Positions 23,482 to 36,100 of a stretch of 64,000 nt of DNA are shown piece by piece. Both the position numbers and the translations under genes were made by a program. The stretch is from Dimorphilus gyrociliatus. Taxonomy: Eukaryota; Animalia; Annelida. Numbering within the stretch: position 1 is the first letter of the stretch; each line of letters begins with the position of its first letter. The notes beneath the pieces were generated by a model. That model searched no databases and was not told where the DNA came from. It worked only from the letters and a program-made list of their open reading frames with translations. The stretch spans positions 124,001-188,000 of the forward strand of contig CAJFCJ010000027.1 in NCBI GenBank assembly GCA_904063045.1. The letters run 5' to 3'.

Positions 23482-26400
23482 TGATCTGCCGGAGATATTG
23501 ATTTTTATACAGAATATGTAAGGGGGGTTGGGGGTGTAAAGGATAGGAGAGATTTCAATATTGAATGTAAGAGAGACATCTGTAGTTGGGCAGATAGTTT
23601 AATTATCTCTATTTTCAAAATCAACGTTGGTTGAATTCGAATTTTATTCAAATTTTAATATTTGCCGCTGTTGAATTCAGCTTGAACAGTTGTGTTGAAA
23701 AAATATAGAAAGAAGTAAAACAACAAAAAAGGATTTATGTAAACGAAAGAAAAATGGAATTTCCTTTTATAGATAAAAGAGTTTACTTGTTTTTCAATAA
23801 GCAAAATGTATGAATATTATCTCTATGTCCCATAGAACCTGTCTACGTATAGATGCAGATACAGATAGAGATACAGATATGGAAAATATGCAGAGAAGAG
23901 AAAGATATAAGAGGATAAGAAAAAGAGTAGAATATATATATTGGTGTTAGTAATAGGAGATTTCAATATGTTTTTTTTTTTAAATGTTCAAGAGACATCT
24001 AGTGGTGTAAGAGATTCTAGATGTCAAGAATGAAGCTCTTCCCAATGAAAAGAGTAAATAATATAAATAGAATTATTTACAATCTTACGAAAACATCTTC
24101 AAACAATTTGAAAATATCAAAAATAAACCTTAGATATTTATCGACCATAAAGTTAGACGACAGATGATGAACAGGACGAGAGTAGATATTCTGCGGTAAA
24201 ACAGCTACTGGTTGCGTCGAAGGAAGTTGATTCGAATGTGCCTTATACAATTTCTGGTGTGACATTATTTTGCAGTAGACTGATGACGTATTGCAGTGTT
24301 TTACAAAAAAATATCGACTAAAATCACGCAGGTAAATTGTCAATCGAGTACGCTGACGATTATTATAGTCTGACAAGGCGAACTGTATTTGCCCTTTTGT
24401 TACAAGTTCTCCTATTGAGTTGTAAACACCTAAAAAGAGCGACGATAGGGTAGCCAGTCTATACTATTTATTATAGTCTTTATGAAAGGCTTGAATATTA
24501 AAAATATATATGAAAAAACTAAAAAAAACCACACACACACACATACATATATATACAGTATATACATACATACATCTGTACGGGAAATAAAGAGTTAATT
24601 TTTAACCCGTCTATGCGTAAAGAGTCAAGGTTATTTCATTTTTTCCCAAGTTTACTCTACATGTTCATTTTATCGAAAAAAAATATTCATTCTGTTCAAA
24701 CCAACAATTTTGTTTTTTTTTTGCTATTTAAACATAAAGAGAGTAGGCTTTTTGTCTTGGTTGAACAGTTGGATGAACACGACCATATAGATTTTTTATC
24801 TTTGTTTCTCTCTCTCTCTCTCTCTTTTGCGCTCCCCTTTCATAATTTCTATTTATAAAGTAATACTGCTGCGTCCCTTTTTTAGTGTTCATTTCATCAC
24901 TTCTCTGTGTAATACTTGAAAAGAGCAAGAAAAAGAAATATATAAGGATAATTATATTGGCAGAAGCCTAAATAAATAAAAGTTGGAGGCTCACCTATAG
25001 CTTTTGAGCAGAGTTATGTTGATTGTCCTAAAGGCGGAGAAGAGGGCGGAAGACGAGGAGGAAAAGAGTGGAGGGAGGGGGTCACGCGGGGGCAGTGAAA
25101 GGGTACGGCGGTGATCATATACAATATAATATAACCAATAGACTTGACTATTACTACTGTTATAATTAGATTTATTAGTCGTATTTATTGTATTATTATA
25201 GTTGGTTTAATAGTAAAAATATAGTAGTTTAGATTGTTTGTATCAAGTGAATTGTGGTGGATTTTCTCAATCGGTCTGGGAAATATAAATAATTGAATCG
25301 GGGAGCGAAAAAAAAATACGCAAGAAGGAAGGACGATGAGCGACAGCAACAAAAAAAAGGGGGGACGCCATCTACTTAGTTATTGTTTAAGCATAACGTC
25401 CTACCTTCAGGAAACAGGCTATAAATCATACAACAATTGCCCTAGTTTGCAGGGAAAGCTATTGTTAATATCACCTGGCTCAGGCCCCAAAACTGATATA
25501 AAGTTAACAAATTTACTGATCAAAAGTGAAAATTGCAGATAAGCAGTAATTGTACACGTCCGTCAATAATTAAAGGCAAAAGAAGATTCTGTGAAGAGCG
25601 TCACGTTTCGACTGTCTATAGCTACCGGGCTCTCATCGACAAACTTTACATGTTTTTCACTCAGTCGATTCTCGAGCGTCGCTCAACAAGAAAACAACAT
25701 CTATAACGACCGCTATACAAACTCTCCTAACAATTCATCTATTGTACGTTTCTTTTTCTCACTTCTACTCACTCTTCTTTTCCCGATCCCGCTCTCAAAA
25801 TACAGATGGTCATGCCATTGATTTTTACATCCTCTCTAATATCGGCTATCGCTATTTCGGGTTTCCGATCAATAGGAGAGCGCGAGAAATGAGCATGCGA
25901 CGGTTAAAGGGGAATTAGCGTTCGAATAATGAACAATTAATAGAGGGGAAAAAATCGTAATTTTTTCAATTTCCACCCGAATTTCCCACGCTCAGCCTCT
26001 TTCAGAAACGAAATAGAAAAATGCAATGAGAAATACGGCTAAAGAGGCACATAGGAGAGACCACAGAGTGATCGGAAAGTGGCAGAGGGAAAAATCTCAA
26101 CTTGGAAGGGATGCAGATTTATAAGGAAGAGAAGGTAAGTGATAGAAAGCGCACAAAAAAGAAGTAGCCAAAGAAAAGTATATCTTTAAAGTATCATTAA
26201 AACTTTAATTAACGCAAGACAAAAAGTGAAAAGAGAGTGAGGGAGGGGAGGAAGGAAGGAGAGAACGAGGAGGAGTGAGACTCAAAGAGGGAGGGAAAAA
26301 GAGAAAGAGAGAGAAAAGTGACAAGTACGAGTAGAAAAGGTAGAAGAAATGCTTTTATTTCTAATTACCCTGTTAATCTCGAACGATTAGATTGCCATCG

Positions 26401-26866
26401 TTGTCGTGAAAATGTCTCCCTCGACGACTCTATACGTAAGAGATGAGGAGAAGACAGGAAAAATAGAATGGTTAAGAAAAGATTTTGAAGGTAATTAAAA
26501 TCTGTAAAAAATGATAAATAGACTAATAGACTTACTCATTTTTCCAAATAATAGGCAAGGAACAAATATAGAAGGAGATGAAAGTAGAGATAAACAGATT
26601 GACTGGCAGACAAACATGTGCGTACGAATAGATATGCACATTCATACTGTTCATTTATAGAAAAAAAAATGCAGATAGACAGATAAACGGACAGACGGAT
26701 AGTGCAGATAGACAGACAGAAAAATTAGAGGGAAAAAGGAAAAAAAATCACACTTATCATCGATGCCGATGAGAGGGTAAAAAAAAGCAGCGCCACCCCT
26801 TGTCGGCTACTATTTGCACTCGCTCGATTGCTGAGTCAGTTAGCGATCGAATGGAGAAGAGTGAAC

Positions 26867-29800
26867 ATGTCGTTGTCGCCATGGGATTTGAACGCCATCT
26901 CATTTGATTTTACTTTATACAGGCCTAGAAGAGCATCTTATGTCTATGCTACCCAATTGCGTCAGAGGTCAGAGTCTTATAGATCCGCGACTAAATCGGA
27001 TTCGACTGCTGCCTCTGGTGGTGATTTCATCGAAAATTTCGTTCAGCAAAAGAGAAAGGATTCTTACAAAATAGCCAACGAACATTACGATTTAGATGAA
27101 TTTTCGTCAGCCGTATCTGGTGCGGCGACGCCGATCACACCAATGACGCCAATGACGCCGCGTGGCTCTTCCGTAAAGATTACCGTAGAAGATACGAGTA
27201 AAGGGCACAACTGTATTGAAACTACAATTAATGGTAATGACACTCCGATAAATACGCCAACTACCAAGTCGGAAAAAGTGCACGACTTTGAAGATGATGT
27301 TGTATTCGCCATCAAATGTCACTCAGGAGAACCTTTGCACAAGGAATATTGGTATAAGAAAAATCTTATTATTCTCTCGCTTAGTTTTATTCTTGTATTT
27401 TCGGCTTTTCGTTCAATACAAAATCTACAATCAAGTTTGAATAAAGAATCCGAACTCGGTATGATAGCAATGACATGCATTTATACATCGATGTTTCTCA
27501 CGTGTCTCTGCGCACCCGTCCTTATAGGAAAACTTACGTCTAAATGGACAATTGTACTAGGATTACTCTTCTACCTCTTTTGGACTGCTGCCAATTTTTA
27601 TCCCCATTTTTACACACTAATACCTACTAGTATAGGAGTTGGATTCGGTCAAAGTTTGGCCTGGGGAGCGCAGGTTTCCTATATGGAAAAGCTTGCTTCC
27701 GACGCCGCTATAGCCTCCAAAACTCTAACTCAATCGGGATTGTATAGATATAATGGAATCTTTTTGGCATGTTTTCAAACATCACACATTTGGGGAAATT
27801 TAGTGTCTTCCATTTTATTGTCATCTGATCAATTTAAACGTGTTAAATCATCGAATCACACAGACACGGAAAGAAGTAGAGATTGCGGAGTTTTCGAAGT
27901 TTGCGGAGAATTGGCATACAACTACAACTCAACTGAATATCAAGGTAAGTGTTAAAGAAATAAATGAAAAAAGAAAAGGTCAATAATTTTAGGGTCAAAG
28001 AGAAATAAAGTTAACCTTGTTAAAACGATACGCGAAACAAGCAGAAAGCGGTAACTGGTATATATACAGTATATATTTCGTATATAAAGTATAAAGATGA
28101 ACAAAACAACCAGAATGAAACAGCATGAATAATAAAACAAACCATAAGAATTTATCTGAAAATATAGCTGTCGAATAGACAAAAGGAAAAACAGTTAGAC
28201 AGATAAAGCAATAAAAAAGAGGGGAACTGCGGCTAATCGCAACGGCTGTTGCGCTTTTTTAAGCCCTCAATTTAAATTCCCATGGGAATTTCTAACCATT
28301 AAGATTCTCCCCGGAAATCAGCAATTATCTCCAACTGCAATTTTTCTCAAATACCCTCAAATAATAAAAGGCATTGGGAAAATAGATTTGGGATATTTTG
28401 TAATGTTTTCTTTCCACCTATTTCTGCATTTTCTCTTCCCTTCGCTCCTCTTAAATTCGTCTTTTCTATTTTCTGTTTGTTTTTATAATTAAGAATATAA
28501 GTAGAGAAAGAAATAGAGAAAGAAAGCAAGAGAGGGAGATAGATAGATAGAGAGTGAAAGTAAAAAAAGATAGAGGAAGATAGAAAGATAGATAGAGTGA
28601 GTAGATGAGTGTCCAGCTAAAGTTTCCGGTATGTGACGACCATTTCTGATATAAATCAAGTTAGGGTCTTAATCATCTTTATTAATATTCTATGGGATAC
28701 ATCAAATGATTGTTTTTTTCAACTCTCTGCTTTTACTCTCTTTCTTTCTCTCTCTCTCTCTTTCTACGTTTGTGTAGAGGAATTTTTTTCAGAAATAATG
28801 ACTCCTAATTTAGGGAAAATTGACTAAGAATACTAATTTAGACGAGAGCTTGAGTCATTGTTTAGCTAATATTATGCAAGTAGGGCTCGTCATTGATTAT
28901 CCCTTAGTGCATTCTTTAAGACTACTGACCGATAACAATCCCACGAGATGCTTTTTGACTACCACAATAAAGAATCAGGAAAGGCCAAGGAGAAAACACA
29001 CCACGCAACTTTTTATAGATTCATTAATCAAATCCGTTTTGCGATTGTGACTGCAATAACGATTAGACGCGTTTAACATGAAATGTTGCCCAGATGTTTG
29101 TAAAGACTGTCGAGACTTCTTGTCTTCTGACAAACGTCTCACTTACAAGTTTTGTATAGAACTTAACAAAGTCGAATTCTCCTGGGAGACTGTTGATAGA
29201 CGAAGGGCGACTTGAGGATGAATATGAGTACTGCTTTAATGATGAAGTATAGATATTTTTAGCCAAATTGATATTGATGGTAAAGTAATATTCAAACGAA
29301 AGATGGCATATACATTGACGCTATCTCTACTCTTTAATTTTCGTTCCAAAAAGTACCTAATTAATAGGTTTTATAGGCAACAGAAAGAATCTTACGTAAT
29401 AATCAACTACGATCTATTATACCTTTAGAGAAATAATTATCAATATAGAACTAAAGAGAGGCAGAGACAGAGCGAGAGAGACAGAATGAGGGGAGGGGGG
29501 AACCAACCTACGTTACTAAAAATAAAAGTCTATTTTCGGTTTAGAACGTTATTTTCACTTTATATCTTTCGTTTCGTAAGAAGTCAATATCTTTTAAATT
29601 TTAATAGAAATTAGAAAGAAGAGTAAAGCACGGCCTGTTCTTCGCATAAAGAATTCCTAGTTTACTTTTCCTCTTTTTCGTCTGATTCTTTCCTCTCTCT
29701 CTCTCTCTCTTTCTGTATTTCTTACAAAACACAAAATATTAATATAGAAAATTAAATGTAAGTAGCTAATGTTTTATGATCACTTACAATATTATATAAA

Positions 29801-30107
29801 TATTTTAACAGGAATTTTCTTAGAGTTAACTCCGCACTTATTTAATAGTTCTAGTACCGTAATTTAATGTACAATGTTTAACTTGCATACGTGTTGACCA
29901 ATTAACTCTAATCTTTTCTCTCGTTCTTTTCTTTATTCTGTCTATCTGTTCGTTGAATTTCTGCTTTCGTATTCTTTCTTTTACTCTTTTTTTTTCTCTT
30001 TAAGTCGATGAAATCGAAGAGCAAAAGCTGTTTGAAACGTTGATTGTACAATGCGTAAGATATTCTTCTATCGTTTTCATCGTCTTTTTTTTATAGCAGA
30101 CTCTCTT

Positions 30108-30143
<36 letters not shown>

Positions 30144-33100
30144 CCTCTTTCCATCAATATATTAATAAAAACAATAAATAAAGAAAATTATTTATTGGAA
30201 GAAAAACGAATAAGTAAACAATTTTTGGAATTATGCCAAAGAAATATTTATTTTATAAGAAATAAGAGAAAAGAGGGAGAGAGGGAAGGAGGAAGAGAGG
30301 GTGACAAGGGTGAAACGAGGGTGGAAAAATGGATTTAATGAAAGTAATAGGCTGGATTGAGTGTTATGTGCCATTAGTTTTTAATGTTTCTATTATTTGT
30401 TGTATGCTAATGAAGATTGATTATTTAGAATAGGGCAGAAAATCAGGGTTAGAAAAAATAAGGATGAAAGTAGGCTTTAGGAGCAGTAGTTTTTTCTGGT
30501 CATGAGAGTTTGCATAATTAATCCTCTTCATGGCTGAGATCTGTACCATGGGAGACTAGGACGTAAATCTTTGTTATCTTTAATCGAAAAATGTTATTAT
30601 GGGACTATGGCTTTGAAAAGAAATTAAAAAAAAAACTACAAACAGACGACAAACAAACATAAGTTTTCTAATTCTCTATAGTAATTAAGTTATTTTCGGT
30701 TCATGAATAGTATTAATAGAACGGAGAAAAAACAGGCGACAAAGTCACGAATAAGTATGAGTAGGGCTATAATAATAGACGCCTACCCCGCTAAATTAGA
30801 ATGCATAGCCGGACTAAATATGCTAATTTAGGAGAAATAGGCTTACTTTAGTCAGTTAATTATTTGCTGCAGCCTACTGCAGTCTAGTTACACATGTAAA
30901 TGTAATTAGTTAACCTCACGAGCCATGTTTTAAATAAGCAAGGTGTACAAAGATAATCCTTCATTTCTTTCTCCCATACAGTCTTTTATTCGCTTCGTTT
31001 ATCTGCCTACTCTTTTTATTATCCTATTATTCATTAGTAGCTCTTACTCTTTCTCTTTGCTAATTCGATCAAAAATTCGAAAGCGCAAACGGCTGTTAAG
31101 ATTTTTAGTGAGAGAAGCTTAACGATTTCAGCCAAGTAACATCTGCAGAGAAAAGTTTTGCCTATAGATCTTAGCCGTAGGATAGCGAACAGTTTCTTTT
31201 GTTTCCATTTGAAAGCTTGTTTACTGAATTCGAATAATTAATAACGTAAATATTGCTTTATCGACAAATAAATAAAAGAGAGACGGATAAATAGATAAAT
31301 GGCATCGGGTGGAAGAGGGGCGAGAGGTGAGAACTTAAGTTTTTTCTCGCTCGTTTAACAGCTTATCCCAGCAATTAAAAGGCTTAAGAGTTTAATTGAA
31401 ATCTTGGAAAGAATCTATATAATAAAAAAAAAAGACTTTTGGATAATTGAATTTCAAGTATCATATACTAATTAGATGAGAAATTCAATATTCTTTTAGG
31501 GACGCTCTTTTACTTGGCCTTTAAAGAAATTTACCATCTATTTTCTCTTTTTACAACACATTAGACGAAAAGTATAGAGTATACAAGAGAAAGGAAGGGT
31601 GCGAGGTAGGTAGGTAGGTAGGGAGAGGGAGAGAGAGTGAGAGAGAGCGACGGCGAAAGAAACAGAAAAAGTGGACAGGGAAGCAGACAGGCAGTCGGGG
31701 AAGGAAGGAAGGAAGAAGGAAAAGACCATACGTACCTTTATTTATCAATCATTCATAACAGGTTGTTAATAGCTCTGCTTGAATAGAATTTATTCAAATT
31801 ACAAAAAATTTCATAATTGATTATCAGCTTATTAAGCGTTCAGTGTAATTATTAACAAATCAACAATTAGAAGCAGATAATGGACGGAAAGAGAGAAAAA
31901 TACGAGAAAGAGATAGACAGATAGATAGTTTAATTCCCTTGGACGGTAGATTAGACGGCTCGCATAATTGATAAAGCTATTTTTAACACTAATAATTCGT
32001 GTGTTAGTGACGTCACGTGAGTAGAAGGGAAGGACGTTTTTAAAGGAGGAGAAAGAGAAATAATGCATGATATTTCTTCGCTATCGTCTTCCCCCTTCGT
32101 TTTTATTTTCTGCTTCTTTTGCTTGTTAAAGAGTACATTTATATTCCATTAAGGAGATTTATATATCCCAGATTTAGGTTGACACTAGAAGTATTTAGAT
32201 CGACAAAAAATATATAGTTGGTCTATTCAAGGGGATTACATAGCCTCATTCATTTGCATATGTAAATTTACAATAGCAACGTAGTATATATCGTATTGCT
32301 GACAAATTGGCATTATAATAGCAATGAATATGTTAATATAAAAATTAATTGATTCATTTCAATACAATGAACTTAATATTATTCTTCTTCAGATGACTCA
32401 TTAGCACCTCGATCTATGGTTAAATTAATGGCGTCCTTTCTCGTATTCGTTTTCATTGGCTTCGTTTTTATTTTGTTCTTCTTGGATAAAATTGGCGCTA
32501 AAACGGATCCGGAAAAGCCTTGTTTGCAGGTTTGTCATTAGCGTTTCCGTAAATAGAACAAAAAACACTTATTTTTTTTTTCATAAAGCGTCTTTCTTCC
32601 CCTTTTTCTTTTCAAAATATTTTTCTTATTCAATCAAATCCGCCAATGTTCTCTTTCTTCTTTTCAAAGTGGAAAAATAGGTGTGAAAATTCTAATATTC
32701 TCCCTATGTATGACTATTATAATTATTAAAAATAGTATGATTAATATGATTATTAGTACTATCATTATTATTATTAATATTACTAGTATTATTATATTAT
32801 TCGAAGGGACAAACATATGAATATTATCTGGTATACAGTATAATAAAGTTGGGAGAATATCGTAAATAAATTCTGAGACAGGTACTCGTCTTGCCCCGAC
32901 GCCTACCAATTTGTTTTGTGTGACAACTTGTTCGCTTCCGTGGGAGAAGATGCAATTAAAAGTTGACCAATTTCACGACTAACAGCTAATTACATACACT
33001 TTAGTAGATCAAGCTAGATAGCTTGTGCATTCGCCTGTCTTCGATAGATTGTAGTTTTTTTTCTATCTCCTCAACCCTTGTTGTATGATAACCTACCTTG

Positions 33101-36100
33101 TCGATTAAGATTGGAATGAATCCCTTTAGGATCTTTAAGAGACGCCAACCAAGACACTGGAGGCGTTTCGTTAGTTCAATGAAGGGAATAAAGTGTACTA
33201 GATAGCTCTACAAAAAAAAAGGAAAAAAAGAGTAGTTGAAGCAAAGCGTTGTGCGTTATATGCAACGAAGAATGAGGATTTTACAGTATATATATATACT
33301 GTATATAAATGGCTAGTGGTATTTAACGACTAAAAGAGTATACTGGTGAAAAGTATTGATTAGAAAATATCAATTAAGGACCGTCTAAAGTTATCTGGAG
33401 ATGAAAAGAGTTCTCTTAAATATTATATTCTATTACATAAATCCATCTCAAACCAGATATTCTATATAGTTTTCAAGCTTGTTAACATTTATGATTTAGC
33501 CTCAATTTTTTTGTAAATAAAATCAAGAAGGAAAAAATATTCTACGCCGGCAATCATTTATAATTTCCTTCTCGTTGTAATGAAGTAAGTTGGTGGGGCG
33601 GAAAAGCTGTTGATTTATGCGACGTTAAGGTTGGGAAGGGAGGAAAGATGAAATAAAGGAAGAAAACAGATGACAAGAGGAGAAGGAAAGACGAAAAATG
33701 TATAAAGTGGTTTATAGGTTTACCAAAGGGAAGGAAAAATGAGAGAACGGAAGAGAGAAAATGACGGAAAATTTTCTTCTGGTAGCCAAACGACTATTTA
33801 CTTTTGAAATAAGACTTTCAAAGGCTTTTTCTTATCCGCTAGAGTCGAGTTTTTCGCTAAGAACTCTTTTTCAGTGGGCAAAAAGTCTTGTTACCGGCTG
33901 AAAGAAGGCGAATATCAGTAATCCAGGTAGAAAGAAAGAGTCTCAATTTTAAAGGTCATCAGTAAAAACGGAGCATTGTATAGTCTTCGTATTTCATATT
34001 ACGCGAACATTAGAAATTGTTTTCAAAGGCAAGCCATACGAAATTTTATCCAATTTTTCTCTTTCTTGCATTTCTATATCTACTATGACAAGACCCAATT
34101 CATATGGGTTTGTCATCGTTGTCTTTCTGTCTCCCTCTCTCTCTCTCTCTTTTCCCCTATCATTATATTTCTTTTTCTACAATTAATTCGTCAACCCTTT
34201 CATTCTTTTTAACATTGTCTAATTTTTTTCCCTTTCTCCTCTCTCTTCTCGTCTCTCTTTTCCTTCTAGCTCCTTACTACCGATCTCCTCACCACCAATT
34301 TTACAAAACGTAATAAAATTATCTCTGTCCTAATTCAATTAATCAAACGTAAGCATCTCGTCAAAAAACCAAAATACAAACAATTCTATACTACAAAATC
34401 AATTACAACTCATTTTTTAATCCATTTACAGTTGGGCAAATGAGGAGACTTATTCCTTCGTCGCTAATCATAGCATTCTTAATCGATAATCTTCAAATAA
34501 AAAATTAACCAAAATGAAATTTCTCTTAATCCCCACCCATCCCCAAATCAAAAATCGATTTAAGACGAAGAGTTGTTTGAAATTGAAAAGAGAGTGTAGA
34601 TAGAGGATGAAAGATATGATAAGAGGACAAGAAAAGTATAATAAATGAAAAGTGTTGAATAGTAAAATGTTAGACAATTAGGAAGAGAGAGAGAGAGAGA
34701 GAGAATGAGAGAGAAAGAGGGAGAAAAAGGCGGAATGAAAGAGATGAGAGATGAGTAAGGAAAAAGAAGCGGAAGTCTAAGAGGTGGTAAAAAGAGGAAA
34801 TAATAAGGGAAAGGATAAAACGTAAGAGATTATTATCTTTCTCGATTGGAAAGTAAATAAAAAAATTACATAAAAAATATGAAAATTACAAGATATATTC
34901 TGTTTTCATTGTGTATTTAATGGAATATAGCCTGTTTGTACAAACAATTGACAACCGTCTATTTTCGGATAATGATTGAGCGGGATTTATGGCGTCGGTC
35001 CGCCGTTATAATATGACTTTTCATCCGATTTCCTATTGCAAACAGATGTTTGGTGGTGATAGGCCTTTTTGGTCGGTTTGTTATTTGTAGATAGAGAGAT
35101 TTTTGTGCTTTTTAAAACGGAATATTTGTGTTTATTTTTCTCCTACTCTACGGTCCGTTTTTCTCTTAGATATCTCTGTCGGGCTTCATTGGGTGGAAAA
35201 ACTTTGAAAAGCGCCATCTGGCGATCATTTTTAAACTCCTAATCTTGTTAGGATGCTTATCAGCTAGAAATACATAAAATTTAGAGTGTTCTTATGTTTT
35301 TTTCAAGTAAATAAACGTTGAAGGGAAACTATAAGAAAAAAGAGAAGGAGAATATATAAATTATTTACTCTCTTATTGTTGAGTCTACTATTTTATTCGT
35401 TCTAAACAGAACAAGAAAGTAATTTGATGCCTTTTAGCAGAATTGCAGTGTTTACCACCTAAAGAGGAAGCTGTAAAGTCGAATTTTTGGTAACTGGTAG
35501 AAAACGTCTTTTTAAAAGTAGACGCTTAAAGTATATACATTAGTCAAAAACGTCCCTCCCCCATCCCCCTTTTCCTTCTTTCAAACTAGTCATTCCTGTA
35601 CTCACCTACAAAACGTCCCCAGACAGCTAATTTCTTACACTTCCAACTGCAAACGATCAATCTAACTGCTGCAGGAAAACAGCTACATTCCTGACAAGCT
35701 TATACCATGTTAATAATATTAGGCGAAATGGAGCAAACTTGCTTATTAAGTGTGGACTTTGCTCGCAGCAACTGCAACAATTCTTGCAGCTCTTTTCGAG
35801 TACAACCAAGTGTCAACAACCTTTTGACTTTACACTGCAAGGCAGGAAATCAGTAACGAGCGTCTAGCAGTGATAATACTGCCGTACAAAATATCCCATC
35901 AGCGTTACATAGATGTGATGTATTACAGTAGAAAGCGTTTTATTAAAACATATATATATATATATATATATAGTTTATATATATTATATAGACCAAAAAA
36001 AGTCTGCAGTAAATTTCTCACCTTGAGAGAAATTTGCATGCAATTATTGAGCTTATACGTTCCGTTGTTTGGAAATGGTAAATTGAAAATTCGTTTCTCA

